From an uncultured Nostoc sp. (lineage in GTDB: Bacteria; Cyanobacteriota; Cyanobacteriia; Cyanobacteriales; Nostocaceae): a stretch of DNA of 64,000 nt. The notes beneath the pieces were generated by a model. That model was not told the origin of the DNA, made no database searches, and saw only the letters and a list, made by a program, of their open reading frames with translations. Within the stretch, counting starts at the first letter, position 1. Every line of letters begins with the position of its first letter. A program made the position numbers and the translations under genes. The stretch covers positions 3,909-67,908 of the forward strand of contig NZ_CAXTNE010000006.1 of NCBI RefSeq assembly GCF_964245445.1, in the 5' to 3' direction. Positions 28,301-38,600 of the stretch are shown here, piece after piece.

Positions 28301-30002
28301 CAATCCGAAAAATAATTATGACTACGATATTTTACTCCATGAGCTTTATAAGCAAAATAATTTGCCAAAAACGATTGTTCATTTATGGAATGTTACACCT
28401 AGTAGTGACGAAGAATTAGAAATTGAAAAAGTTGAAAAAGCTCAAACAATAGGATTTTACAGCCTGCTATATCTTGCTCAAGCTTTAGGAAAACTAGAAA
28501 CTAGTAATGATTTTCAAATTACAGTTATTTCTAACGACCTACAGTCAGTAACGGGCAATGAAGTACTTTGTCCGGAGAAAGCTACTTTACTTGGGCCAAT
28601 TAAAGTCATATCTCAAGAATATTCAAATATAAACTGTCGTAGTATTGATGTTATACTTGCAAAACAACGAAATTGGCAAGAAGAAAAACTTGTAGAACAA
28701 TTGCTGGCGGAACTGATAGTTCCTGATTCGGAAAAACTCATTGCTTATCGAGGTTTGAACCGTTGGGTACAAACTTTTGAAGCTGTACGCTTCGATAAAG
28801 CTAAAATCGAAAAGCCTCGACTAAGAGAAAAAGGAGTCTATTTAATTACAGGTGGACTCGGAGGTATTGGACTTGTTTTGGCAAAATACTTGGCTCGAAC
28901 TGTACAAGCAAAACTAGTATTGATAGGACGTTCTGGTTTACCCAAAAAAGACGAATGGTCTCAATGGCTTGCTACCCACGATGAAACTGATAGGACTAGC
29001 TACAAAATTCGCAAAGTTCAAGAAATCGAAGACTTAGGTGCAGAAGTTTTAGTGGTGAGTACTGATGTAAGCAACATCGAAAAAATGCAAAGTATCATTG
29101 CTCAAACTCAACAGCAATTTGGTCAGTTAAACGGTGTTATCCATGCAGCTGGAGTTCCTGGAAGCGGTGTTATTCAGCGAAAAACTCAAGCAGAAGCAGA
29201 AAGTATTCTGGCTCCGAAAGTCAAGGGTACAGTAGTTATTGATTCACTTGTCAAAGAGATTCAGTTAGATTTCTTTATTCTAGTATCATCAAGCACCTCA
29301 ATTTTAGGGGATTTTGGACAAGTAGACTATTGTGGAGCAAATGCTTTTCTTGATACCTTTGCTCACCGTAATGCCTCAAAATATGATACATTTACTACAA
29401 GTATCAACTGGGATACTTGGCAAGAAGTTGGAATGGCTGTAAACACAGGAATTCCTCAACACCTCCAAGAATCACGAATAGAAGAGCTTAAACAAGGCAT
29501 ATTACCTAATGAGGGTGTAGAGGTTTTTCTACGTACTTTGGGAAGTACAATATCTCAAGTTGTAATATCTACCTCTGACTTCTTAAACAAACTCAAACAT
29601 TATAATTCTTCCAAACAAATACAATCCCTAGAATTTTTAGAAACTGCCAATCTATCTAACTCAAAATATCCTCGACCGGAATTAAGTAATGATTATGTTG
29701 CTCCTCGAAATAAAATTGAGCAACAGCTATTTGAAATTTGGCAACAAATCCTTGGCATTGAAAGGATAGGAATCCATGATAATTTTTTTGAACTTGGTGG
29801 GGATTCGCTGATAGGTATTCAACTTATTGCAACATTAAATAAGGTATTTAATGTAAATATTTCTGTTGCCAAACTTTATGAATGTCCGAACATCAGTTCT
29901 ATGGCAAAGATTTTTACCCCTGAAGAATCTCAGGAAAATACTTTTGAACAAAGACTAAGCCGAGGACAGAAAAGAAGACAGATGAAAATAAAAAGTAACT
30001 AA
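25320..30002 (+). CDS. Type I PKS KS-AT(malonyl)-KR-ACP
   Basis: KS TACSTS, ETHGT, GHL; AT GHSIG with HAFH; KR GGLGGIG and QVDYCGAN; ACP GGDS. Confidence 0.95.
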   Translation: MDITNNSIHSLNDNDRDEIAIIGMAGRFPGANEIDSFWKNLQDGIESISFFTNEELISAGVDRSLLNEPNYVKASGILEDIELFDASFFGFSPREAELTDPQHRLFMESVWEALENAGYNSETYSGQIGLFAGLAASSYLLSNLYSHRDLMESEGSITIGNDKDFLSTQISYKLNLTGPSINVQTACSTSLVAVHLACQSLLNGESDMALAGGVSVGVPQKTGYHYQQGGIHSPDGHCRAFDAQAKGTNGGSGLGVVVLKRLEDAIADGDFIYAVIKGSAVNNDGSLKVGYTAPSVDGQRKVILEALALAGVEPETVSYVETHGTGTILGDPIEIKALTQAFRASTNKKGFCAIGSVKTNVGHLDTAAGVTGLIKTVLALKHKKIPPSLHFREPNPQIDFANSPFYVNTKLSEWKTNGTPRRAGVSSFGIGGTNAHVILEEAPVETRQVASLHSRPWQLLLLSAKTSKALDTATTQLRDYLEQNPDIPLQDIAYTLQVGRRAFDYRRIVICQDPNDAVKSLNSQYPQRTFSHHHKPGHCPVILMFSGQGSQYANMGRELYEVEPTFKKHVDTCAVILQSHLGIDIRSLLYPREEDTQAACLQLQQTALTQSALFVTEYALTQLLMSWGVRPEAMIGHSIGEYVAATIADVFSLEDALKIVAKRGQLMQQLPSGSMLAIRLPEKDVQLLLSAQTLYKTSLQIAAINSPSSCVVSGTNEAVAALEKQLSSQEVECQLLHTSHAFHSVMMEPILSAFIQAIKTVKLNPPRIRFISNVTGSWISKEQATNPDYWCQHLRETVRFSDGISQLIQEFEGVFLEVGPGRTLSTLTTQHLDGNAKQQVLTSLRHVKEQQSDVAWLLQTLGRLWLSGVEIDWSGFYTHEQRHRLPLPTYPFERQRYWIEPNKQGQDERHTPVSLGKKPDIADWFYIPFWKPSLPPLQLEHQELASEKSCTLVFIDECGLGSKLVKQLETQNQDVITVKVGESFTILSESQYTINPKNNYDYDILLHELYKQNNLPKTIVHLWNVTPSSDEELEIEKVEKAQTIGFYSLLYLAQALGKLETSNDFQITVISNDLQSVTGNEVLCPEKATLLGPIKVISQEYSNINCRSIDVILAKQRNWQEEKLVEQLLAELIVPDSEKLIAYRGLNRWVQTFEAVRFDKAKIEKPRLREKGVYLITGGLGGIGLVLAKYLARTVQAKLVLIGRSGLPKKDEWSQWLATHDETDRTSYKIRKVQEIEDLGAEVLVVSTDVSNIEKMQSIIAQTQQQFGQLNGVIHAAGVPGSGVIQRKTQAEAESILAPKVKGTVVIDSLVKEIQLDFFILVSSSTSILGDFGQVDYCGANAFLDTFAHRNASKYDTFTTSINWDTWQEVGMAVNTGIPQHLQESRIEELKQGILPNEGVEVFLRTLGSTISQVVISTSDFLNKLKHYNSSKQIQSLEFLETANLSNSKYPRPELSNDYVAPRNKIEQQLFEIWQQILGIERIGIHDNFFELGGDSLIGIQLIATLNKVFNVNISVAKLYECPNISSMAKIFTPEESQENTFEQRLSRGQKRRQMKIKSN
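26937..28018 (+). repeat. ~1082-bp direct repeat, copy 1 (AT domain plus post-AT linker); copy 2 at 31633-32714
   Basis: Runs from CCAGTCATCTT to TGGATTGA, offset 4696. Two synonymous differences seen near the 5' end. Off-frame ORFs 27163 and 31859 are identical. Confidence 0.95.
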
Positions 30003-30042
30003 AATATGTTAGCTTCAGTTAATTTATCTAGATCGGGAAATT

Positions 30043-33000
30043 ATGAATACCAATATAAAACAAGAACAAACAGCAAATATAGATATAGCAATAGTGGGAA
30101 TGTCTGGTCGTTTTCCTGGAGCAAAAAATATTGATGATTTTTGGCATAATCTTCAAAATGGTGTTGAATCTATTTCATTTTTTTCCAATCATGACTTAGT
30201 AGATTTAAATATTGAAGAGGAAGTTTTAAACGAATTCAATTATGTTAAAGCAGCACCTGTATTAGAAGATATTGAGTATTTTGATGCTAGGTTCTTTGGT
30301 TGCAGCCCTAAAGAAGCTGAAGTAACGGACCCCCAACATCGCCTATTCATAGAATGTGCCTGGGAAGCTCTTGAAAATGCTGGATACGATCCAGAAACCT
30401 ATGAAGGTTTGATTGGGGTTTACGCTGGCGTAAGTACAAATAGTTACTTTTTTCACAATATATATGAAAACGTTAATTTAATAAATATTTCCAATAACTA
30501 TACTCTAAACAAAGACTTTTTGACGACCAATATATCGTATAAATTAAATTTAAAAGGGCCAAGTATAGGTATCCAAACTTACTGTTCTACTTCATTAGTT
30601 GCTGTACATTTAGCCTGCAAAAGTTTACTTGATGAAGAGTGTGATATTGCTTTAGCAGGTGGGGTTACGATTATAGTTCCACAAAAGTCAGGTTACTTAT
30701 ATGAAGAGGACGGAATTTTGTCTCCTGATGGTCATTGTCGAGCCTTTGATGCTAAAGCACAGGGTACTATTTTCGGCAGTGGACTGGGAATAGTCGTCTT
30801 AAAAAGATTAAAAGATGCAATAGCAGACAGAGATTACATTCATGCAGTTATTAAAGGTTCAGCAATCAACAATGATGGCTCTTTAAAAGTTAGCTATACA
30901 GCACCTAGTGTAAATGGCCAGGCTGAAGTTATTGTAGAGGCTCTGGCAAATGCCGGAATAGATGCTGATGATATTTCCTATATCGAAACTCATGGAACTG
31001 GAACAGCTGCTGGAGACCCAGTAGAAATTGCTGCGCTCACTAAAGCTTTTCGTGCTTTTACGCGAAGAAATGGCTTCTGCGCTGTAGGTTCAGTAAAACC
31101 AAATATTGGACATCTAGACACAGCATCTGGTGTTGCAAGTCTGATCAAAACTGTCCTAGCATTAAAATATAAACAAATACCTCCTAGTATAAATTTTGAA
31201 GCTCCCAATCCTGAGATTGATTTTGCCAACAGTCCCTTCTACGTTAATACTAAACTTACCGAGTGGAAAGCTAACAATACTCCCCGTAGAGCAGGAGTTA
31301 GTTCCTTAGGTTTTGGTGGAACTAATGCCCATCTGATTCTGGAAGAAGCCCCTTACATTAAATATTTTGATGACTCTAGACCTTGGCAATTGATATTATT
31401 ATCAGCCAAAACTAGCACAGCCTTAGATACTGCGACTGAAAATTTGGTTACGTATTTAAAACAATATCCAGATATAAATTTAGCTAATGTTGCTCACACT
31501 CTAAAAGTGGGTCGTAGAGCTTTTAACCATCGCCGAATTTTGGTGTGTGAGAGTGTTCAAGATGCTGTAAACTTATTGGCAACACAGGCGCAGGAACGGA
31601 TTTTTACTGTATGTCAAGAGCATAGAGAACAGCCAGTCATCTTGATGTTTTCAGGACAAGGGTCACAATATGCAAACATGGGTCGGGAACTGTATGAAGT
31701 CGAACCGACGTTTAAAAAACATGTAGATACTTGCGCTGTGATTTTGCAATCTCATCTAGGTATTGATATCCGTTCCCTACTTTATCCCAGAGAAGAAGAT
31801 ACTCAAGCAGCTTGTTTGCAACTACAACAAACAGCCCTCACCCAAAGCGCGTTATTCGTTACAGAGTACGCCCTGACTCAGTTATTAATGTCTTGGGGTG
31901 TGCGACCAGAAGCAATGATTGGTCATAGTATTGGGGAATATGTCGCTGCAACCATTGCAGATGTATTTTCTCTAGAGGATGCCTTAAAAATTGTGGCAAA
32001 AAGAGGACAGTTGATGCAACAGTTGCCCTCTGGGAGTATGCTGGCAATCAGGCTGCCAGAAAAAGATGTGCAGTTGCTGCTGTCTGCACAAACGTTGTAT
32101 AAAACATCTCTACAAATCGCAGCGATTAACAGCCCATCTTCTTGTGTAGTTTCCGGAACAAACGAAGCAGTTGCAGCCCTAGAAAAGCAATTATCCTCTC
32201 AAGAAGTTGAATGTCAGCTGTTACATACATCTCATGCGTTTCATTCTGTGATGATGGAGCCAATATTGTCAGCATTTATTCAGGCGATAAAAACAGTCAA
32301 ACTGAATCCACCACGCATCCGTTTTATTTCTAATGTAACTGGTAGTTGGATTAGTAAAGAGCAAGCGACAAATCCCGATTATTGGTGTCAACATTTACGA
32401 GAAACTGTAAGATTTTCAGATGGGATATCCCAACTTATACAGGAATTTGAAGGTGTTTTTCTGGAGGTGGGACCAGGGCGAACTTTAAGTACATTAACGA
32501 CACAGCATTTGGATGGAAATGCCAAGCAACAGGTATTGACTTCATTACGCCATGTTAAAGAACAGCAATCGGATGTTGCTTGGTTGTTGCAAACATTAGG
32601 TCGCTTGTGGCTTTCTGGTGTCGAAATAGATTGGTCGGGATTTTATACCCATGAGCAGCGTCATCGTTTGCCTTTGCCTACTTACCCCTTTGAACGACAA
32701 AGGTACTGGATTGATGCGAAATCCCCATCCACTTCAGTAAATACAAAATTAATAACATTAGATCATAAACAAGATATTGCTGACTGGTTTTATATTCCTT
32801 CATGGAAGCGCTCTTTACTGCATAATTCATCCTCTTATTCAATAAAATCTGCACAACAAAAATGGCTATTTTTTGTGGATGATTTGGGAATGGCGAAAAA
32901 AGTAATTGGTGTGTTAAAAAATCAAAATAAAAATACTATTTTTGTTAAAAAAGGAGAGTATTTTAGTAAGTTAAGTGAGGGTATTTATACAATTAATCCA

Positions 33001-34674
33001 TATATAAGTGAAGACTACAATACCTTACTAAAAGAATTAGTATTATCAGGTCAAACTCCAGAAAATATTGCTTATTTCTGGAGCGTAAGCTATGTTGAAA
33101 CCCGTCAAAAATGGAATTATTTAGAATTAAACAGTTTACTATTTTTAATGCAGAGCCTTAGTAAGCTGAAAATTAGCGATCGCTTACAAGTTTTGGTTGT
33201 ATCGAACAATATCCAAGAGGTTAATGGTAACGAAAAACTGGACACAGAGAAAGCAGCCATATTAGGTTTATGTAAAGTCATCCCTCAAGAGTATCCTAAT
33301 ATTACTTGTCGATGTATCGATATTGCTTTAACTAATCGCAAAGACGCAGAAAAAGGACAAGAAGATTGTGAGAGTAATATTATTGACCAACTTTTGGATG
33401 AGTTGACCTCTGTATCCTCAGACATGGTAGTTGCTTATCGCGATCGCTACCGTTGGGTACAAACGTTTGAGCCAGTTCGCTTAGAGTCAGTAGTTAACGA
33501 AAAAACACCATTGAGAAAACAAGGTGTTTACCTGTTTACTGGCGGTTTAGAAAGTATTGAAGTTGTGCTTGCAGAATATTTAGCAAAAACTTTTCAAGCA
33601 AAACTCATATTTATTGAGGATTTTAGCTTCCCAGAAAAAGACGATTTCTCGCAATGGCTGGAATCTCACACTCAAGAAGATGAAGTGAGTTGCAAAATTC
33701 AACAATTGCTTGTATTAGAAAAATTAGGTGCAAAAGTTTTGGTAATGCGTGCAGATACAACTAATTATGAGCAAATGTCTCAAAGTCTTGCATCTGAAAA
33801 TATTAGACAAATTAATGGGGTCATTTATTCAACTGGAATAAAACGCGAAAATATATTTGGTTCCATTCCAGAAATTGGTAAAATAGAATTACAAAAACTT
33901 TTAGACTCCCAACTTTGTAAGATTACAGTATTAGAACAAGTCTTACAAAATATAAAATTAGATTTTTGTATTATTTTTTCTTCTTTATCTTCCATTTTAG
34001 GAGGATTTGGATTAGGCTTATATTCAGCAGCTAATCAATCCATTGACACCTTTACTAACCGACACAACAGGAATAATTCTTTTCCGTGGTATATTATAAA
34101 TTGGGATAAATTACAACTGAATACTAACCAAGAAGAAACAACACTTGCTCAAGTATCTGGGTCAAAATTAGATATTACCCAAACAGAAACTGTAGAACTA
34201 TTTAAACGAGTATTTTCTTTAAGAGAAGGAACTCAAATTATTCTTTCTAAAGTAGATATTAATATAAGAAAGAATCATATATTTAGCCTCAACTCTCTGG
34301 CAACTTCAACATCAACTAATCAATTAGATTTATCTTCACACTACTCTAGACCTAGCCTTAGTAATTCCTATGTTGCTCCGACAAATGAGTTGGAAAAACA
34401 AATTACAGAAATATGGCAAGAGGTACTTGGGATTGCAGAAATTGGTATTTACGATAACTTCTATGAGTTAGGAGGCGACTCACTGATTGCAACTCAATTA
34501 GTTTCTCGATTGCGAACCAAATTCCCTGTAGACTTACCACTACGTGATATTTTATTTGAAGCAATGATACCAGCCAAACAAGCAGAAATAGTTGAACAAC
34601 TTCTGTTGGAAAAAATCGAAGAATTATCTGAAGAAGAAGCAGTTCTTTTGTTATCAGTTTTCCAAAATAGTTGA
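30043..34674 (+). CDS. Type I PKS KS-AT(malonyl)-KR(degenerate)-ACP
   Basis: KS TYCSTS, ETHGT, GHL; AT GHSIG with HAFH; KR NADPH motif reads GGLESIE (33541-33561) and HAAG is replaced by YSTG; ACP GGDS. Confidence 0.93.
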   Translation: MNTNIKQEQTANIDIAIVGMSGRFPGAKNIDDFWHNLQNGVESISFFSNHDLVDLNIEEEVLNEFNYVKAAPVLEDIEYFDARFFGCSPKEAEVTDPQHRLFIECAWEALENAGYDPETYEGLIGVYAGVSTNSYFFHNIYENVNLINISNNYTLNKDFLTTNISYKLNLKGPSIGIQTYCSTSLVAVHLACKSLLDEECDIALAGGVTIIVPQKSGYLYEEDGILSPDGHCRAFDAKAQGTIFGSGLGIVVLKRLKDAIADRDYIHAVIKGSAINNDGSLKVSYTAPSVNGQAEVIVEALANAGIDADDISYIETHGTGTAAGDPVEIAALTKAFRAFTRRNGFCAVGSVKPNIGHLDTASGVASLIKTVLALKYKQIPPSINFEAPNPEIDFANSPFYVNTKLTEWKANNTPRRAGVSSLGFGGTNAHLILEEAPYIKYFDDSRPWQLILLSAKTSTALDTATENLVTYLKQYPDINLANVAHTLKVGRRAFNHRRILVCESVQDAVNLLATQAQERIFTVCQEHREQPVILMFSGQGSQYANMGRELYEVEPTFKKHVDTCAVILQSHLGIDIRSLLYPREEDTQAACLQLQQTALTQSALFVTEYALTQLLMSWGVRPEAMIGHSIGEYVAATIADVFSLEDALKIVAKRGQLMQQLPSGSMLAIRLPEKDVQLLLSAQTLYKTSLQIAAINSPSSCVVSGTNEAVAALEKQLSSQEVECQLLHTSHAFHSVMMEPILSAFIQAIKTVKLNPPRIRFISNVTGSWISKEQATNPDYWCQHLRETVRFSDGISQLIQEFEGVFLEVGPGRTLSTLTTQHLDGNAKQQVLTSLRHVKEQQSDVAWLLQTLGRLWLSGVEIDWSGFYTHEQRHRLPLPTYPFERQRYWIDAKSPSTSVNTKLITLDHKQDIADWFYIPSWKRSLLHNSSSYSIKSAQQKWLFFVDDLGMAKKVIGVLKNQNKNTIFVKKGEYFSKLSEGIYTINPYISEDYNTLLKELVLSGQTPENIAYFWSVSYVETRQKWNYLELNSLLFLMQSLSKLKISDRLQVLVVSNNIQEVNGNEKLDTEKAAILGLCKVIPQEYPNITCRCIDIALTNRKDAEKGQEDCESNIIDQLLDELTSVSSDMVVAYRDRYRWVQTFEPVRLESVVNEKTPLRKQGVYLFTGGLESIEVVLAEYLAKTFQAKLIFIEDFSFPEKDDFSQWLESHTQEDEVSCKIQQLLVLEKLGAKVLVMRADTTNYEQMSQSLASENIRQINGVIYSTGIKRENIFGSIPEIGKIELQKLLDSQLCKITVLEQVLQNIKLDFCIIFSSLSSILGGFGLGLYSAANQSIDTFTNRHNRNNSFPWYIINWDKLQLNTNQEETTLAQVSGSKLDITQTETVELFKRVFSLREGTQIILSKVDINIRKNHIFSLNSLATSTSTNQLDLSSHYSRPSLSNSYVAPTNELEKQITEIWQEVLGIAEIGIYDNFYELGGDSLIATQLVSRLRTKFPVDLPLRDILFEAMIPAKQAEIVEQLLLEKIEELSEEEAVLLLSVFQNS
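31633..32714 (+). repeat. ~1082-bp direct repeat, copy 2
   Basis: Same sequence as 26937-28018. Confidence 0.95.
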
Positions 34675-34714
34675 TTTTAAATCTTATCTATAAATAGGAA
34701 AGGAAAAATAGTTT

Positions 34715-35476
34715 ATGTCTTTAGCCAATAATGATGGAAATCATGATCCTATTGCTTCGGTATATAACGCTATAGGTGTCACTTCCGAGGCGGAAAGTAT
34801 AGCACTAATTTTAGAACAATTAATGCTAAAACACCTCTCTAAAGGAACACATATTCTCGACATTGGTTGCGCTAACGGACAGTTAGTCCAACAGTTTCAT
34901 ATAAGAGGTTATCAAACAACTGGACTTGATTGTTCTGAAAAACTATTGCACCACGCCCAAATAAATGCACCTGAAAGTAAATTTATTCTTAGTGATATAC
35001 GTAATTTTGAGTCGCTACCTACCTATGATGCAGTTTTTTCAAGAAACACTCTCGGCTTCATTCTAAACCTTGAAGAATTGACAACTGTCTTCCGAAACGT
35101 ATATGCGGCGATGCATAATAATGGTATTTTTGTGTTCGCCATAGTAACTGGGGACAGTGTATTGCGTGATAGTTTTCTACAAGATTACAATATATGTGAT
35201 GTCAATGATAAATATGTTTATGTTGAAAAAGGCAAATACAACCCAGAAGAAAGGATACGGGAACTCAAGTCCACCACGTTTGAATTGATAAATGGAATTT
35301 GGGAGCGTTCGGACAGTACTCTACTGGAAAAAAATTATTTCTCATCAGAAATTCAGTCGGCTTTAGAAAATGTGGGCTTTATAGAAATTAATCAGTATGA
35401 TAGCAAAGATTTTGGAGACCCTACTCCAGCAGGTGAAGATTGCTTCGTTTGTCGAAAACCATCCCTGACGCCATAG
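34715..35476 (+). CDS. Class I SAM-dependent methyltransferase
   Basis: Motif I ILDIGCANG, motif II TTGLDCSE, then SDIRNF and YDAVFS. Confidence 0.85.
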   Translation: MSLANNDGNHDPIASVYNAIGVTSEAESIALILEQLMLKHLSKGTHILDIGCANGQLVQQFHIRGYQTTGLDCSEKLLHHAQINAPESKFILSDIRNFESLPTYDAVFSRNTLGFILNLEELTTVFRNVYAAMHNNGIFVFAIVTGDSVLRDSFLQDYNICDVNDKYVYVEKGKYNPEERIRELKSTTFELINGIWERSDSTLLEKNYFSSEIQSALENVGFIEINQYDSKDFGDPTPAGEDCFVCRKPSLTP

Positions 35477-35663
35477 TATAATTGCAGAGATTAGTGGCTA
35501 AGTCAAAATTAATTTTTTTGATGATAGGACTTGTCACTTAATAAGCTTTTGATAACAGTATAGTTATCTGAATCAAGAGTTTGGGAATGAGAATTTTTAT
35601 TAAGCGGCAAGTCAAAATTTAGCTAAAAAACTAAAAATAATAAATATTAATAATTTCTTGGCA

Positions 35664-38600
35664 ATGGATAAACAAGACTTTAATTTATCACCAGCGAAAA
35701 AAGCCCTTTTAGAAAAATGGAAGAGAGGAAATATTCAAGCTGATATTATCCCCAAACGTCAAGTATTTAAAAATATTCCCTTATCTTTTTCTCAACAAAG
35801 ACTGTGGTTTATTGACCAGCTTTATCATGGGAGTTCTTTCTACAATATTCCCATCGCTTTTCATATCAAAGGACAGCTGAATATTAAAGTACTTCAGCAA
35901 AGTCTGAATGAAATTCTCAAACGTCATGAAGTTTGGCGCACAACTTTTAGCGTTGTAAATGGAGAGCCAGTACAGGAGATTGCACCCCAATTAACTTGGG
36001 ATTTACCCATTATTAATCTTGAGCATTTGTCTGGTAAAGATTGGGAATCTGAGGTTAAACAACTTGTAGCAGAGTCAGCGAAAAAACCTTTTAATTTAGC
36101 TAAAGGACTTTTAGTCAGAGCAACTTTACTTCGCTTGAGTGAAGAAGAACACATTTTGCTTGTGACCATGCACCACATTATTACAGATGGATGGTCTTGT
36201 AGTGTGTTCCTGCGCGAGCTGTCAATGCTATACGCTGCTTTCTTGACAAATCAACCTTCTCCCTTACCCGAACTCCCCATTCAGTATGCAGATTTTGCAA
36301 TTTGGCAACGCGATCGCATCCAAGGTGAATTCCTCGCAACCCAACTAAATTATTGGAAGCAACAACTCAAAGCTGAGTTACCTGTACTACAATTACCTAC
36401 ATACCGTCCGCGACCTAAGGTTACTACTTTCAGTGGTGCCAAGCAGTACTTTACATTCTCAAAAGCCCTAACTGACGTACTCAGACAATTAAGCCAGCGA
36501 GAAGACGCGACTTTATTTATGAGTTTGCTGGCAGCATTTAACATATTATTATATTGTTACACAGACCAAGAAGATATCTTAATTGGTTCTCCAATTGCCA
36601 ACCGCAACCGCGCAGAATTAGAAGGGATGCTAGGTTTATTTGTTAATACTTTGGTGTTACGTAATAACCTCAGTGGTAATCCCAGTTTCCGCGAATTTTT
36701 ACATCGAGTCCGTGAGGTGACTCTCGATGCTTATGCACATCAAGATTTGCCTTTTGAGATGCTTGTGGAAAAATTGCAACCCGAACGCCACTTAAGCCGA
36801 AATCCACTTTATGAAATCATGTTTGTCCTGCAAAATACTCCAACGTCTGTGCAGGAAGTGTCTGGATTAACCTTACGTACCTTGGAATTTGATAGTGGAA
36901 CAGCTCAACTAGATATTTTCTTGTCGATATCTGAATCTCAAGAAGGGTTAACAGGGTCTTTGGAGTACAATACAGATATTTTTGATTCAACAATGATTAC
37001 TCAATTTATCAACAATTTCCAAACATTGTTAGGGAATATTGTTGATAATCCAGAGCAGCGCATCAGTGAGTTGTCACTACTAACTGCTTCTGAGCAAGAA
37101 CAACTATTATTTAAATTTAATCAAACTAGTGCTGATTATCCTCAAGATACATCTTTGCATCAATTATTTGAGCAACAAGTAGAATTAACACCTGATTCTT
37201 TAGCGTTAATTAGCCAGTCTGAGAAACTGACTTATCGTCAACTTAACCACAAAGTTAATCAACTTGCACATTATCTACAAAAACAGGGTGTAACAAAAGA
37301 AACGCTGGTTGCCCTATGTGTGGAACGCTCCATAGAGATAGTGACAGGAATTTTAGCTATTCTTAAAGCTGGTGGTGCATACATTCCCCTCGATCCAAGT
37401 TATCCAGTGGAACGCCTGAATTTCATGCTCTCTGATTCCCAAGCATCGCTGTTAATTACCAAGCAAGAGATATTAGAAAAACTATCATTATCTTCGGCTA
37501 AAACCGTTTGTTTAGATATCCAAAAAGATGAAATCGCTCAAGAAAGTTCGGAAAATCCCATTAACATTTATTTATTTGATAATCTCGATAATCTCGCCTA
37601 TATTATCTACACTTCTGGCTCAACTGGAACACCTAAAGGCGTTCTTGGCACTCATCGCGGTACAGTCAACGGCTTACACTGGTTATGGAAAACCTATCCT
37701 TTTACGCAAGGAGAAGTTTGTTGTCAAAAAACAGCTACTAGTTTTGTAGATTCTGTATGGGAAATTTTTGCTCCTTTACTTCAAGGAATTCCTACAGTAA
37801 TTATCAGCAATGCAACTATACTAGACCCGCAACTATTTATAGAAGCTCTGGCACATCACAAAGTAAGCCGTATTATACTTGTACCTTCACTACTAGGCTT
37901 ACTTGTTGATAATTACAGTCATTTGACCAAAAAATTATCGCAGCTAAAACTTTGGATAACTAGCGGGGAAACACTATCTATTAACTTAGCTAAAACTTTT
38001 CGAGAATTAATGCCATTTGTAAAATTAATTAACTTTTATGGCTCCTCAGAAGTTTCCGCCAACGCTACTTACTATGATACTAGTTTATTACAAGAGCAAG
38101 CCAGCAGTGTCCCTATCGGTAGTGCTATTGACAATACTCAAATTTATGTGTTGAATCGTGATTTAAAATTAACACCTATAGGAGTGATTGCAGAACTTTA
38201 TATTGGTGGTGATGGATTGGCGAAGGGTTATTTACATCGTCCGGAATTAACTCAAGAAAAATTTATTGATAACCCCTTTGTTCCTGGAACCAAGCTTTAC
38301 AAAACAGGCGATTTTGTGCGTCATCTAAACGATGGTAGTCTAGAGTATTTGGGTCGTCAGGATGAACAAGTAAAAATTAGAGGTTTTCGAGTAGAATTGG
38401 ATGAAATTACGGCTGCGATCGCCCAACATCCAGATGTACAAGAATCTGTTGTCATTGCCAGCAATGATGCTCAAGAAAATCAGCGTTTGATTGCCTATGT
38501 CGTCACAAATAAACAGGATTTAACTACACAACTTTTGTCCTATTTGCAGCATCAATTGCCTAATTACATGCTGCCATCTGCTTTCGTTGTGCTGGATAAG

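Noticed and set aside
1874-38000. Many 60-100 aa ORFs inside or antisense to the NRPS/PKS genes
   Set aside because: Shadow frames of long genes. Their exact duplication only reflects the domain repeats.
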